Under the pieces are notes generated by a model that worked only from the letters and a program-made list of their open reading frames with translations, searched no databases and was not told the DNA's origin. A DNA stretch of 64,000 nt from an uncultured Solirubrobacterales bacterium (GTDB taxonomy: Bacteria > Actinomycetota > Thermoleophilia > Solirubrobacterales > 70-9), in NCBI GenBank assembly GCA_963695835.1, contig CAVOHR010000001.1, positions 855,259-919,258 on the forward strand. The letters are read 5' to 3'. Positions 8,110 to 17,416 of the stretch are shown piece by piece. A program made the position numbers and the translations under genes. Each line of letters starts with the position of its first letter. Position 1 is the first letter of the stretch.

Positions 8110-9908
8110 CCCTTGGCGTGCTGCTTTTCTCGGCGTTCCTGGGCGCGTTTGCGCTGCAGTTCCTTGCGGGTGAGTGGGATTTCCGTAGCGTCTTCGGCGC
8201 AGCTTCGGCCGGAGCATTCCTCCAGCCGCTTCATTTCCCGGTCGAGGAAGTTGCGGACCGGGAAGTAGTCGGGGATCTTGACCAGGTTGTTGAGCTCGTT
8301 CGGGTCCTTGGTGATGTCGTAGAGCTCCTTCTCGCCGGTCGGCCAGGCGATGTACTTGTAGGGACCGAGGCGGACGCCCTCGTAGTCCCTGGGCGGAGCG
8401 AGGATCGAGGCCTTGGCCGGACGCTTGTAGCCGCGGGCGGGACGCTGGTTGACGCTCGACCCGCCGCTCGCCGAGGTGGTCGGCGTGGCGGCTGGGCCGC
8501 CGCCGTTCTCTTCGACGTCGCTGGTCTCGACGAAGGACTCGAAGAGGATCGGCCGGCGGCTGCGCAGCGCGGGGTCGCTCAGGTAGGGGGTCAGCGAGCG
8601 GCCGTCGACGCTCATGTCCGGTTCGACCCCGGCCAGTTCGGCGACGGTCGGCGCGATGTCGGTGTTGGCGGCCAGCTCGCCGGTCGAGCTGCCGGGTTTG
8701 ATCCCCGGGCCGCGGATCAGCAGCGGCATGTGGGTCGAGGGCTCGTAGGCGAGGAACTTGCCGCCGGCCAGCCGGTGCTCGCCGAAGAAGAAGCCGTTGT
8801 CGGAGGTGAAGACGATGTAGGTGTTGCGCAGCCGGTGCAGCGCCCCGAGCGTGTCGACGATCTGCTTGACGCCGTCGTCGACCCCGCGCAGCGCCTCGAG
8901 CTGCTTCTGCCAGTAGACGCGATAGGTGTGCAGTTCGGTCGGCGAGAGCGCCGCCGCTTCGCCGATGAAGCGCGGCTTGTCGGAGACGTTGCCCTCGTTG
9001 AGGCCTTCGGAGGAGTCGTGCGGCGGCGGCGCGCCGTGGAACCAGTCGTAGTAGCGCGGCGGCGGCTCCGGCCCGGCCGGGCGGCGGAAGTCGCCGTGCG
9101 GAGCCGTGTAGTCGACCTGCATGTAGAAGGGCCGGGTCGGGGGCGTGCCGGCCAGCTCCTGAGCGGCCATCGAGCTGAAGACGTCGGTCTCGTAGTTGCA
9201 GGGCAGGCCGTTGGCCGGCGCCAGCGGGCAGCCGATGTCGTCGCGGATCCCGTATTCGCGCGTTTCCCAGCTGCCCGAATCCCCGTAGGGCGGCGAGAGC
9301 ACGCCGTCGTTGTTGAGCGTGTAGCCGTAGTAGTAGTGGTCGGTGTCGGCCTTGAGCAAGGTGTGCCAGGCGTCCCAGCCGGGCGGCACGGTCTGGCCGT
9401 TGTCGAACGGTTCGTCGCCGTAGCCGTTGAGGAACTTGCCGATGTGGATCGTCCGGTAGCCGGCGCCCTGCAGCCAGGTGGCGATGTTGTGGCTGTAGGC
9501 GTTGCGGATCGAGAAGCCGGTGTAGCCGCCTTCCGGCGGGACGTTGCCGCGGACGTTGTGGTTGTGGGCGTAGCGGCCGGTCAGCAGGGTGACCCGCGAC
9601 GGGCAGCAGAGCGAGTAGGAGACGTAGTAGCGGTTGAAGGTCATACCGCGGTTGGCGATCAGGTTGAGCGTGTTGGGCATCGCCCGGGTCGCCGGCGCCC
9701 CCGGGTAGGCGCTGTAGGCGGCGTAGAGGCTGTCGAGCGTCTGGTCGTCGGTCTGGATGACGACGAAGCTGGGCCGCTGTTCGGCCGCCGCCGCGCCGCT
9801 CGGGTGCTCGGCGGCGGCGAGCGACAGCACGCAGGCCAGGGCAAGCAGTCCGGCCGCGATCGCCGGCAGGGCGCGGAGATGAAGCCGGGTTTGGCTGCTG
9901 AGATCCAT
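8106..9908 (-). CDS. Secreted sulfatase (formylglycine type)
   Basis: Sulfatase signature SLCCPSRVTLLTGRY (C-x-P-x-R). Signal-like N-terminus MDLSSQTRLHLRALPAIAAGLLALACVLSLAAA. The ORF is open to 9953, so the start is uncertain. Confidence 0.85.
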   Translation of the reverse strand: MDLSSQTRLHLRALPAIAAGLLALACVLSLAAAEHPSGAAAAEQRPSFVVIQTDDQTLDSLYAAYSAYPGAPATRAMPNTLNLIANRGMTFNRYYVSYSLCCPSRVTLLTGRYAHNHNVRGNVPPEGGYTGFSIRNAYSHNIATWLQGAGYRTIHIGKFLNGYGDEPFDNGQTVPPGWDAWHTLLKADTDHYYYGYTLNNDGVLSPPYGDSGSWETREYGIRDDIGCPLAPANGLPCNYETDVFSSMAAQELAGTPPTRPFYMQVDYTAPHGDFRRPAGPEPPPRYYDWFHGAPPPHDSSEGLNEGNVSDKPRFIGEAAALSPTELHTYRVYWQKQLEALRGVDDGVKQIVDTLGALHRLRNTYIVFTSDNGFFFGEHRLAGGKFLAYEPSTHMPLLIRGPGIKPGSSTGELAANTDIAPTVAELAGVEPDMSVDGRSLTPYLSDPALRSRRPILFESFVETSDVEENGGGPAATPTTSASGGSSVNQRPARGYKRPAKASILAPPRDYEGVRLGPYKYIAWPTGEKELYDITKDPNELNNLVKIPDYFPVRNFLDREMKRLEECSGRSCAEDATEIPLTRKELQRKRAQERREKQHAKG

Positions 9909-10016
9909 CGAATCCGTTTGCCGGGGCGACCTACAGGTTTCGAAACCGGCCACTGCGGCGAAGTTGCGAAACGCTAGAAGACGGGCAGGACGTGGTGACG
10001 CGGCAGGCGGCGATTG

Positions 10017-10700
10017 CTACGAGGCGCCGAGCTTCTTCGCCGCATCGCGGAAGTTTTTCACCGTTGCGCTGGGAGCTTTGCGGCCGTCGAGCTTCTCGTT
10101 GTGACGATTGACCCAGATCACCGGCACCTTCATCTTCAGCAGCGCCGCGACGTCGGTCTCATAGTTAGAGGCGATGTGGACCCAGCCTTTCTTGCCGCCG
10201 ATTCGCCGCGCGCACTCTTTGAAGTGCACCGGGTCGGGCTTGTAGCTGCGAACCTGCTGGGCGGTGACCACGAGGTCGAGTTCGGTCCGCAGGTGGCGGC
10301 GCGAGATGCCGAGCAGCTTGTCGTCGATGTTGGAGACGATCCCGATCTCGTAGCGCTTGCCGAGCCGGTCCATCGCCGCGTTGGCCTCGCGGAAGGGCAG
10401 CCAGTAGGCGACGCTGTCGGGCAGGAACTGAGCCCGCGAGGGCTCGATCTCCCAGCCGATTTCGCGCGCGATCTTGACGATCGTGCGGCGCAGCACCTCG
10501 GCATACAGTTCGTAGGAGCCGGCCATGATCTCGGCCTGGACCTCGAAGAAGCGGGCCAGGAACGGTCCCTCCTCGAAGCTGAAGCCGTCCTTCTCGGCCT
10601 CCTTCCTGCAGGCCTCGATGATCCCCTTCTCCCAATCGATCAGGGTGCCGTAGCAGTCGGTGGTCACCCACTTGATGGATTTGAGACTCGGCAGCGCCAT
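10017..10700 (-). CDS. HAD-superfamily hydrolase, haloacid dehalogenase type II-like
   Basis: HAD motif I in KWVTTDCYGTLIDWE. Start set at MALPSLK (ATG 10700), because the upstream extension overlaps the sucC leader. Confidence 0.7.
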   Translation of the reverse strand: MALPSLKSIKWVTTDCYGTLIDWEKGIIEACRKEAEKDGFSFEEGPFLARFFEVQAEIMAGSYELYAEVLRRTIVKIAREIGWEIEPSRAQFLPDSVAYWLPFREANAAMDRLGKRYEIGIVSNIDDKLLGISRRHLRTELDLVVTAQQVRSYKPDPVHFKECARRIGGKKGWVHIASNYETDVAALLKMKVPVIWVNRHNEKLDGRKAPSATVKNFRDAAKKLGAS

Positions 10701-10753
10701 GGAAGCGCGGCATCTTATAGGCTGCCGCCGCGCCCCAGCAGTGCGCATCGAAC

Positions 10754-11917
10754 ATGGACCTCCTCGAGTACCAGGGCAAGCAGCTTTTCGCCGCGCACGG
10801 CATCGCCGTGCCGAGCGGCGAGGTCGCCGAGACCGTCGCGGAGGCGGTCGCCGCCGCCGAGCGGATCGGCTACCCCTGCGCGATCAAGGCGCAGGTGCTG
10901 ATCGGCGGCCGCGGCAAGGCGGGCGGGATCAAGATCGCCGCCGGCGCCGGCGAGGCGCGCGAGCACGCCGAGGCGATCATCGGCATGGACATCCGCGGCC
11001 CGCGCGGCGAGGGCCCGTTCCGGGTCGAGCGCGTCTGGGTCGAGGGCGGCTCCGAGATCGCCGCCGAGTACTACGCCTCGGTGATCCTCGACCGCGGCGA
11101 GAAGAAGCTGCTGGCGATGGTCTCCGCCAGGGGGGGGATGGACATCGAGGCGGTCGCCGAGGAGGACCCCGGCGCACTGGTCAAGGAGCACATCGACCCG
11201 ATCCGTCCCTTCAGCGCCGCCGCGGCGCGGCCGATCGTCGACGCCGCCGGGCTCGACGAGGCCGCCCGCGAGGCCGCCGCCGAGATCCTCGCCAAGCTGG
11301 CCGAGACGGCGATGGCCGAGGACGCCAGCCTGATCGAGGTCAACCCGCTGATCCTCACCGCGGGGGGAGAGGTCGTCGCGCTCGACGCCAAGGTGACGAT
11401 CGACAACAACGCCCTCTACCGCCACGAGGGGCTGGCGGAGCTCGACGCCGAGGCGGTCGAGGACCCGCAGGAGGCGATGGCGCGCGAGAGGGGCCTCACC
11501 TACGTCAAGCTCGACGGCAACGTCGGCATCCTCGCCAACGGCGCCGGGCTCTGCATGTCGACCCTCGACGTCGTCGCCCAGGCCGGTGGCGCCCCGGCCA
11601 ACTTCCTCGACGCCGGCGGCGGCTCCAAGGCGGAGGCGATCGTCGACGCGCTGACCGTGATCACCTCCGACGAGAAGGTCACCGCGATCCTCTTCAACAT
11701 CTTCGGCGGGATCACCCGCTGCGACGAGATCGCCAAGGGCATCGTCGAGGCCTCCGGGCAGCTCGACCTGCAGGTGCCGCTGGTTGTGCGGCTCGACGGC
11801 ACGAACTCCGAGGAGGGGCTGGAGATCCTCGCCGGGGCGGGCCTCCCCAACCTGCACCAGGAGACGACGATGCTCGGCGGCGCGCAGAAGGTCGTCGAGC
11901 TGGCGGGCGCGGCATGA
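10754..11917 (+). CDS. sucC: Succinyl-CoA synthetase beta subunit
   Basis: MDLLEYQGKQLFAAHGIAVP N-terminus, ATP-grasp, GGITRCDEIAKGIV ligase-CoA motif. Confidence 0.95.
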   Translation: MDLLEYQGKQLFAAHGIAVPSGEVAETVAEAVAAAERIGYPCAIKAQVLIGGRGKAGGIKIAAGAGEAREHAEAIIGMDIRGPRGEGPFRVERVWVEGGSEIAAEYYASVILDRGEKKLLAMVSARGGMDIEAVAEEDPGALVKEHIDPIRPFSAAAARPIVDAAGLDEAAREAAAEILAKLAETAMAEDASLIEVNPLILTAGGEVVALDAKVTIDNNALYRHEGLAELDAEAVEDPQEAMARERGLTYVKLDGNVGILANGAGLCMSTLDVVAQAGGAPANFLDAGGGSKAEAIVDALTVITSDEKVTAILFNIFGGITRCDEIAKGIVEASGQLDLQVPLVVRLDGTNSEEGLEILAGAGLPNLHQETTMLGGAQKVVELAGAA

Positions 11918-12804
11918 GCATCGTCGTCGACAACGAGACGAAGCTCGTCGTCTCCGGGCTGACCGGGCGCGAGGGCTCCTTCCACGGGCTGCGCAACCGC
12001 GCCTACGGCACCTACCTGGCGGCCGGCGTCACCCCCGGCAAGGGCGGCCAGGACGTCGAGGGGGTGCCGATCTTCGACTCGATCCGCGAAGCGGTCGAGC
12101 AGGAGGGCGCCAACACCTCGATGATCTTCGTCCCGGCACGGTTCGCGGCGCCGGCGATCGACGAGGCGATCGAGTCCGGCGTCGAGACGGTGATCGCGAT
12201 CACCGAGGGGATCCCGGTGCTCGACATGCTGAAGACCTACTGGAAGGCAAAGGAGGCGGGGGTGCGGCTGATCGGGCCGAACTGCCCCGGCGTGCTCTCG
12301 CCCGGCAAGGCCAACGTGGGCATCATTCCCGCCCAGTTCTTCGACCCGGGCAAGATCGGCGTCGTCTCCAAGTCGGGCACCCTGACCTACCAGATCGGCA
12401 ACGAGCTGAAGCAGGCGGGCGAGGGCAACTCCTCGATCGTCGGGATCGGCGGCGACCCGATCGTCGGCTCGGACTTCATCGACATCCTGAAGCTGTTCGA
12501 GGCCGACCCGGAGACCGAGACGATCGTCATGGTCGGCGAGATCGGCGGCGACGCCGAGGAGCGGGCGGCCGAGTTCATCGCCGCCGAGATCTCCAAGCCG
12601 GTGGTCGCCTACATCGCCGGCTTCACGGCGCCGCCGGGCAAGCAGATGGGGCATGCCGGGGCGATCATCTCCGGGTCCTCGGGTACGGCGCAGGCGAAGA
12701 AGGAGGCGCTCGAGGCGAAGGGCGTTCGGGTCGGCGAAAGTCCCACCCAGACCGCTTCGATTGCCGTCGAGGTGTTGAGGGGACTGGGTGGGGGTTCCGC
12801 TTAA
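11914..12804 (+). CDS. sucD: Succinyl-CoA synthetase alpha subunit
   Basis: [32 protein letters not shown] and the active-site MGHAGAII motif. The ATG overlaps the sucC stop (ATGA). Confidence 0.95.
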   Translation: MSIVVDNETKLVVSGLTGREGSFHGLRNRAYGTYLAAGVTPGKGGQDVEGVPIFDSIREAVEQEGANTSMIFVPARFAAPAIDEAIESGVETVIAITEGIPVLDMLKTYWKAKEAGVRLIGPNCPGVLSPGKANVGIIPAQFFDPGKIGVVSKSGTLTYQIGNELKQAGEGNSSIVGIGGDPIVGSDFIDILKLFEADPETETIVMVGEIGGDAEERAAEFIAAEISKPVVAYIAGFTAPPGKQMGHAGAIISGSSGTAQAKKEALEAKGVRVGESPTQTASIAVEVLRGLGGGSA

Positions 12805-12887
12805 CTTTTTTTGAAGACAGAATGCTGCCATCCGAGGGCCGCGCTTCAAAAAAAGTACAAGACGCTCCACCCCCACCCAGTCCCCTC
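12777..12887. terminator. Nested hairpin terminator after sucD
   Basis: Outer 19-bp stem 12777-12795/12869-12887. Inner stem ctttttttgaag/cttcaaaaaaag at 12805-12816/12844-12855 (T7/A7 tracts). Confidence 0.6.
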
Positions 12888-12965
12888 TTTCAGCCTCGAC
12901 TGCAACTCTGTGCGAGCTGATGTGTCACAAAGAGGGACCGGTCGCAAGCAAGCGAAGGAGGTTGC

Positions 12966-14609
12966 GTGGTTAGGCGCGGGATATTCGCCGCATTCGTGGC
13001 AGCTGTGGGCGTTCTGGCGCTCAGCGGAACTGCCTTGGCGCGCGATGCGTTTGTCACGAACTCCGGTAGCGGGACGGTTTCCGTCATCGACACGACCACG
13101 AACGCGGTGGTCGCGAACGTGGTGGTCGGGGGCGAACCGGTGGACGTGGCGATTACGCCTGACGGGACGCGGGCCTATGTGGTCAACAAAGGCTCGAACT
13201 CCGTTTCCGTGATCGGCGTCGCGACGCTGTCGGTGATCGCCAACATCGAGGTCGGCAAGGAACCCGACGGGATCGCGATCGCGCCCGGCGGTCAGTACGC
13301 GCTCGTCTCCAACTTCGGCGGCGACAGCGTCTCGATGATCGACACCGCCAGCCAGACGGTCCCGATCGGGCCGATCCAGGTCGGGAAGGAACCGGAAGGG
13401 GTGGCGATCGCGCCCGACTCGCGCTTCGCCTACGTCGCCCAGCGCAGCGGCGGCATCTCGGTGATCGATACCAACGGCTTCTCCGCGGTCGGCGCGATCA
13501 ACGCCGACCCCCTGCCGCACTCGCGGCTGGCGATCGGGCCGCGCGGCGGCCGCGCCTTCGTCACCAACCCCGAATCCGCGTCGGTCACCGCCTTCAACCC
13601 GGCCACCCGCGACCTGGTCGGCCCGCCGATCGGGATCGGCGCCGATCCGGCCGGGATCGCGATCGGGCCGGACGGCGCCACGGCGTACGCGGCGAGCCCG
13701 GCCAGCGGCGCGATCACGCCGATCGACACCTCGCTCGACCTGCCGCTCAGCAACCCGATCGGCGGCTTCCCGGGCGCGACCGGCGTGGCGATCGCTCCGA
13801 ACGGGCTGCAGGGCTACGTCAGCGACGGCGGCGGCTCGTCCGTCACCGTGCTCGACGCGACCCGCAACGCGGCGGTCGGGTCGACCGGGGTCGGCTCCAA
13901 GCCGACCGGCGTCGCCGTGGTCCCCGACCAGGGGCCGGTGGCCTCCTTCTGGATCTCACCGGACCTGAAGATGAAGAAGAGGAAGCTCACCATCCACGGC
14001 GCGGGCTCGCTCGACCCCGACGGCCAGATCGCCAACTACGTCTGGAGCTTCGGCGACGGCGGCCACCTCGAAGGCTCCGCTGCGACGCGCATTCACCGCT
14101 ACCGCAGGCCGGGGGAATACCTGGTCACCCTGGCCGTCACCGATGACGAAGGCTGCTCGACCGAACAGGTCTACACCGGCCAGACGGCCTCCTGCAACGG
14201 GTCGCCGGCGGCCGTCTTCAGCAGCCTGATCACCGTGGTCAACAACCGCGGCCCGGCTCTGCGGCTGGCCGGCGGCAAGCGGCAGCGGCTGAGCGGCCGC
14301 GTCAACGTGCTCGCCCGCTGCCCGCGCGAAGCGTGTGGCGTGATCGCCCACGGCGCCCTGGTGACCGCCTTCGAACGGTACGGCGAAAGGAAGCGGCGCC
14401 GGTTGCGGCTGCCCGGCATCCGGATGACGCGACCCTCGCTGAGCTGGCGCAAGCTCGGCGCGAAGCTGCCGCGCGGGCGGCGGCGGGCGGCGATGCGCGC
14501 GCTGCGGCTGGGCGGCGAAGCGGAGGTGCAGGTGGCGATCGTCGCCCGCGCCGAATCCGGGCTGCGCACCCTGCACTCGCGCACCGTGAAGCTGGTCATA
14601 CCGCACTGA
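12966..14609 (+). CDS. Secreted YVTN beta-propeller repeat protein with PKD domain
   Basis: Signal peptide, then repeated ~40-aa units (V.N.gs.tVSVIDt....v...i.VG..P.giAi.PDG..AYV). PKD-like segment ANYVWSFGDGG...YLVTLAVTDDEG. Confidence 0.8.
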   Translation: MVRRGIFAAFVAAVGVLALSGTALARDAFVTNSGSGTVSVIDTTTNAVVANVVVGGEPVDVAITPDGTRAYVVNKGSNSVSVIGVATLSVIANIEVGKEPDGIAIAPGGQYALVSNFGGDSVSMIDTASQTVPIGPIQVGKEPEGVAIAPDSRFAYVAQRSGGISVIDTNGFSAVGAINADPLPHSRLAIGPRGGRAFVTNPESASVTAFNPATRDLVGPPIGIGADPAGIAIGPDGATAYAASPASGAITPIDTSLDLPLSNPIGGFPGATGVAIAPNGLQGYVSDGGGSSVTVLDATRNAAVGSTGVGSKPTGVAVVPDQGPVASFWISPDLKMKKRKLTIHGAGSLDPDGQIANYVWSFGDGGHLEGSAATRIHRYRRPGEYLVTLAVTDDEGCSTEQVYTGQTASCNGSPAAVFSSLITVVNNRGPALRLAGGKRQRLSGRVNVLARCPREACGVIAHGALVTAFERYGERKRRRLRLPGIRMTRPSLSWRKLGAKLPRGRRRAAMRALRLGGEAEVQVAIVARAESGLRTLHSRTVKLVIPH

Positions 14610-14653
14610 TCCCGCACGTCCGGGGAGTGCGGCCGTTGCTAGGCTCGGCGGCG

Positions 14654-15766
14654 ATGGCGGCTGAGACGATCTCCTTCGCGCGCGGCGCTCCTAGCGCCGA
14701 CATCCTGCCCCGCGAGGCGGTGCGGGAGGCGGCGGGCGTCGCCCTCGCCGAGGACTGGGAGCGGGCGCTCTCCTACGGGACCGGGATCGGCCATCCCGCC
14801 CTCTGCCAGTGGGTCGCGGAGCGCCACGGCAGCCTCGATCCAGGGCAGGTGATGATCGCCAACGGCTCGCTGGAGGCGGGCTGGATGCTGTTCGACCACC
14901 TGCTCGAGCCGGGCGACCGGGTCGCCGTCGAGCAGCCGACCTACGATCGCACGCTGCTGATGCTGCAGCGGCTCGGGGTCGAGCTGGTGCCGGTGCGGCT
15001 GGAGGCCGACGGGCTCGACCTCGCCCAGCTCGAAGCGGCGCTGGACGAGGGGCCGCTGAAGCTCGCCCACGTGATCCCCAACTTCCACAACCCGGCCGGC
15101 TGCACGCTCTCGGCCGGGAAGCGGGTGCGGCTGGTCGAGCTGGCCGCCGAGCACGGCTTCTGGATCTTCGAGGACGACCCCTACCGCGAGCTGCCCTTCG
15201 AGGGCGAGGCGCTGGAGACGATGCTCTCGATCGACTCCGCCGAGCGGGTCGTCCACGCCTCGTCCTTCTCGAAGACGGTCAGTCCCGGCGTGCGGACCGG
15301 CTACCTCGCCGGCCCGGCGGCGGAGATCGCCAAGCTCGCCAGGCGCGCCAACGAGACCTACATCTCGCCCAACATGCTGGCCGAGGCGGTGGTGCTCGAG
15401 CTCTGCCGCTCCGGCGCGCTCGACCGCAACATCGAGTTCGTCAAGGGCGCCCTGCGCGAGCGCCGCGACGCCCTGGTCGAGGCGCTGCGCGAGCAACTCC
15501 CCGAGGCCGAGTTCGTCGTCCCCGGCGGCGGCTACTTCCTCTGGCTCGACCTCGCCGAGGGGGCCGACACGCCGGCGCTGCTGGCCGAGGCGAAGGGGGA
15601 GGGCGCCGCCTTCGTCGCCGGCCCCGACTTCATGATCGCGGGAGGCGAGAACAGCCTCCGCCTCTCCTTCGCCAGCGTGCCGCCGGAGCGGATCCCGGAG
15701 GGCGTGTCACGTTTGTCCAAGGCATTGGAACGGATCAGGGAGACGGCGAAAATCGAGACTGGCTAG
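14654..15766 (+). CDS. PLP-dependent aminotransferase (class I/II)
   Basis: MAAETISFARGAPS N-terminus, PLP-lysine motif SSFSKTVSPGVRTGY. Start chosen at ATG 14654 inside the longer ORF. Confidence 0.8.
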   Translation: MAAETISFARGAPSADILPREAVREAAGVALAEDWERALSYGTGIGHPALCQWVAERHGSLDPGQVMIANGSLEAGWMLFDHLLEPGDRVAVEQPTYDRTLLMLQRLGVELVPVRLEADGLDLAQLEAALDEGPLKLAHVIPNFHNPAGCTLSAGKRVRLVELAAEHGFWIFEDDPYRELPFEGEALETMLSIDSAERVVHASSFSKTVSPGVRTGYLAGPAAEIAKLARRANETYISPNMLAEAVVLELCRSGALDRNIEFVKGALRERRDALVEALREQLPEAEFVVPGGGYFLWLDLAEGADTPALLAEAKGEGAAFVAGPDFMIAGGENSLRLSFASVPPERIPEGVSRLSKALERIRETAKIETG

Positions 15767-15858
15767 GACGCAGGGAGGTCGGCAAGGGGAGCGCACTTTT
15801 GTGCGTGACCCGCAGACGGCCGACTGAGGACAACGCCAGGCGAAGATTTGCAGCCGTC

Positions 15859-16566
15859 TCAGCGGCCGTAGCGGTCGCTGGAGAGAACCAGCTGCTCCGG
15901 GATCGCCGCCCGCGGCGGCGGCGCCGGGTCGGCGCGGACCGAGACGGTCTCGGCGACGCTGCGCGAGACCCGGTGGGCGCCGGAGGCGGAGGCGATCGTC
16001 ACGCCCTCCTCGTCGGAGCCCTCGACCTCGCCCTCCAGACCGGGCTCGAGCCCGGTCGCTTTGAGGTAGTGCAGCAGCTCCTCGGCCTCGTTCTCGAAGC
16101 GCAGGACGACGATCTTGGCGCCCGGCTCGACGTCGGCCAGCAGGGCGCCGCGCTCGCGGGCGCCCTCGACGATCGGGTGCCCGTGCGGGCAGGTGGTCGC
16201 GCCGCCGATCGCCGCCCGCATCCGCTCCTCCAGCACCGGCGACATCGCGTGCTCGATCCGCTCCGCCTCCTCGTGGACCTCGTCCCAGGGGATGCCGAGG
16301 ACGTCGGTGAGGAAGCGCTCGATCATCCGGTGGCGGCGGACGATGTGGCTGGCGTGCTCGCGGCCGGACTCGGTGAAGCCGAGCGATTTGTCGGCGTTGC
16401 GCTCGACGTAGCCGTCCTCGACCAGGCGGCCGACCATCTCGTGCACCGTGGGGGGCGAGAGCTGCATCGCGCGGGCGATGTTGGCGCCGGTCATCGGCAG
16501 TCCGGCCTCCTCGAGCCAGAACATGCTCTCCAGGTACTCCTGCTCCGCGACCGTCGCCTGCTCCAC
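15859..16566 (-). CDS. DtxR/IdeR/MntR-family metal-dependent transcriptional regulator
   Basis: Winged-helix N-terminus (ARAMQLSPPTVHEMVGRLVEDGYV), metal-site region HRMIERFLTDVLGIPWDEVHEEAERIEH, FeoA/SH3-like C-terminus. Confidence 0.85.
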   Translation of the reverse strand: MEQATVAEQEYLESMFWLEEAGLPMTGANIARAMQLSPPTVHEMVGRLVEDGYVERNADKSLGFTESGREHASHIVRRHRMIERFLTDVLGIPWDEVHEEAERIEHAMSPVLEERMRAAIGGATTCPHGHPIVEGARERGALLADVEPGAKIVVLRFENEAEELLHYLKATGLEPGLEGEVEGSDEEGVTIASASGAHRVSRSVAETVSVRADPAPPPRAAIPEQLVLSSDRYGR

Positions 16567-16576
16567 CCGGTCGATA

Positions 16577-17392
16577 CTAGCCGCGCTCCATCAGCGTCGA
16601 GACGACCGCCTCGTAGAAGCCGTCTCCCATGGCGCCCTCGGTGACGGTGACGTTGTCCCAGCCGGCGAGCGCGGCGCGCAGGCCGGGATCGCGCTCGGGC
16701 CCGTTGGCGACGACGAAGAGGCGGCCGACCGCGGCGGCGACCTCGAGGTCCTCGACCGAGTCGCCGACGGCGATGCACTCGGCCGGGTCGTAGCCGCGGG
16801 CGCGGGCGTGGGCGGCGACCGCGTTCGCCTTGCTGACCAGCCTCGGCACCAGGTGGTAGGCGTGGGTGGGCCCCTCGATCGCCGCCATCTCGCGGCCGAT
16901 CGCGCCGTTGTCGAGCAGCCGCAGGTCGGTGTGGCCGTGGGTCTCGAGCAGCTGGTTGGCCGCGGCGACGTCGACCTTGCCGCGGAACAGGTGGGAGAGG
17001 ACGCGGCCGTGGTGCCAGGGCGCGTGGTACTCGAGCCGCCCCTCGAAGTGCTCGAACAGCAGCTTCGGGATGCCGCGCCGCTCGATCTTCTCGTAGACGG
17101 TCCCCTCCTCGTCGGGGACGAGGTCGCCGGTCAGCAGGGTCGTCTCGCCGTCGATCGCGAAGGCGCAGCCGGCCTCGTAGATGTAGGAGGACTGGCCCAT
17201 CAGGCGGGCCGCCTCGTGGACCTGCGGCTCGCGGCGGCCGGACATGACCACGACCTCGACGCCGGCCCGGTGGCAGGCCTCGAGGCCGCGCGACTGGGCG
17301 AGCGAGAAGCCGCCCGCGGCGTCGCGGAACAGCGAGCTGCCCCGCCCGAGCAGGGTGCCGTCGAGGTCGGTGTAGACGCATCGCAGCGGCAT
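16577..17392 (-). CDS. HAD-superfamily (Cof-like) phosphatase
   Basis: MPLRCVYTDLDGTLLG (motif I) and AVGDSVEDLE (motif IV). Start at ATG 17392; the longer ORF to 18277 is the antisense shadow of folP. Confidence 0.75.
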   Translation of the reverse strand: MPLRCVYTDLDGTLLGRGSSLFRDAAGGFSLAQSRGLEACHRAGVEVVVMSGRREPQVHEAARLMGQSSYIYEAGCAFAIDGETTLLTGDLVPDEEGTVYEKIERRGIPKLLFEHFEGRLEYHAPWHHGRVLSHLFRGKVDVAAANQLLETHGHTDLRLLDNGAIGREMAAIEGPTHAYHLVPRLVSKANAVAAHARARGYDPAECIAVGDSVEDLEVAAAVGRLFVVANGPERDPGLRAALAGWDNVTVTEGAMGDGFYEAVVSTLMERG

Positions 17393-17416
17393 CGTCGCGG
17401 TCGCTACGGTAGCCGG

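Noticed and set aside
8070-9977. Long antisense ORFs opposite real genes (for example 8070-9977 +, 2365-3594 -, 6172-7935 -, 17866-20574 -, 35470-37356 +, 42894-44147 +, 10660-11913 +, 28598-30043 +)
   Set aside because: Their products are Arg/Ala/Gly/Pro-rich and low in complexity. They are typical shadow frames of a 70% GC genome, each mirrors a gene with clear motifs, and none shows any recognisable motif of its own.
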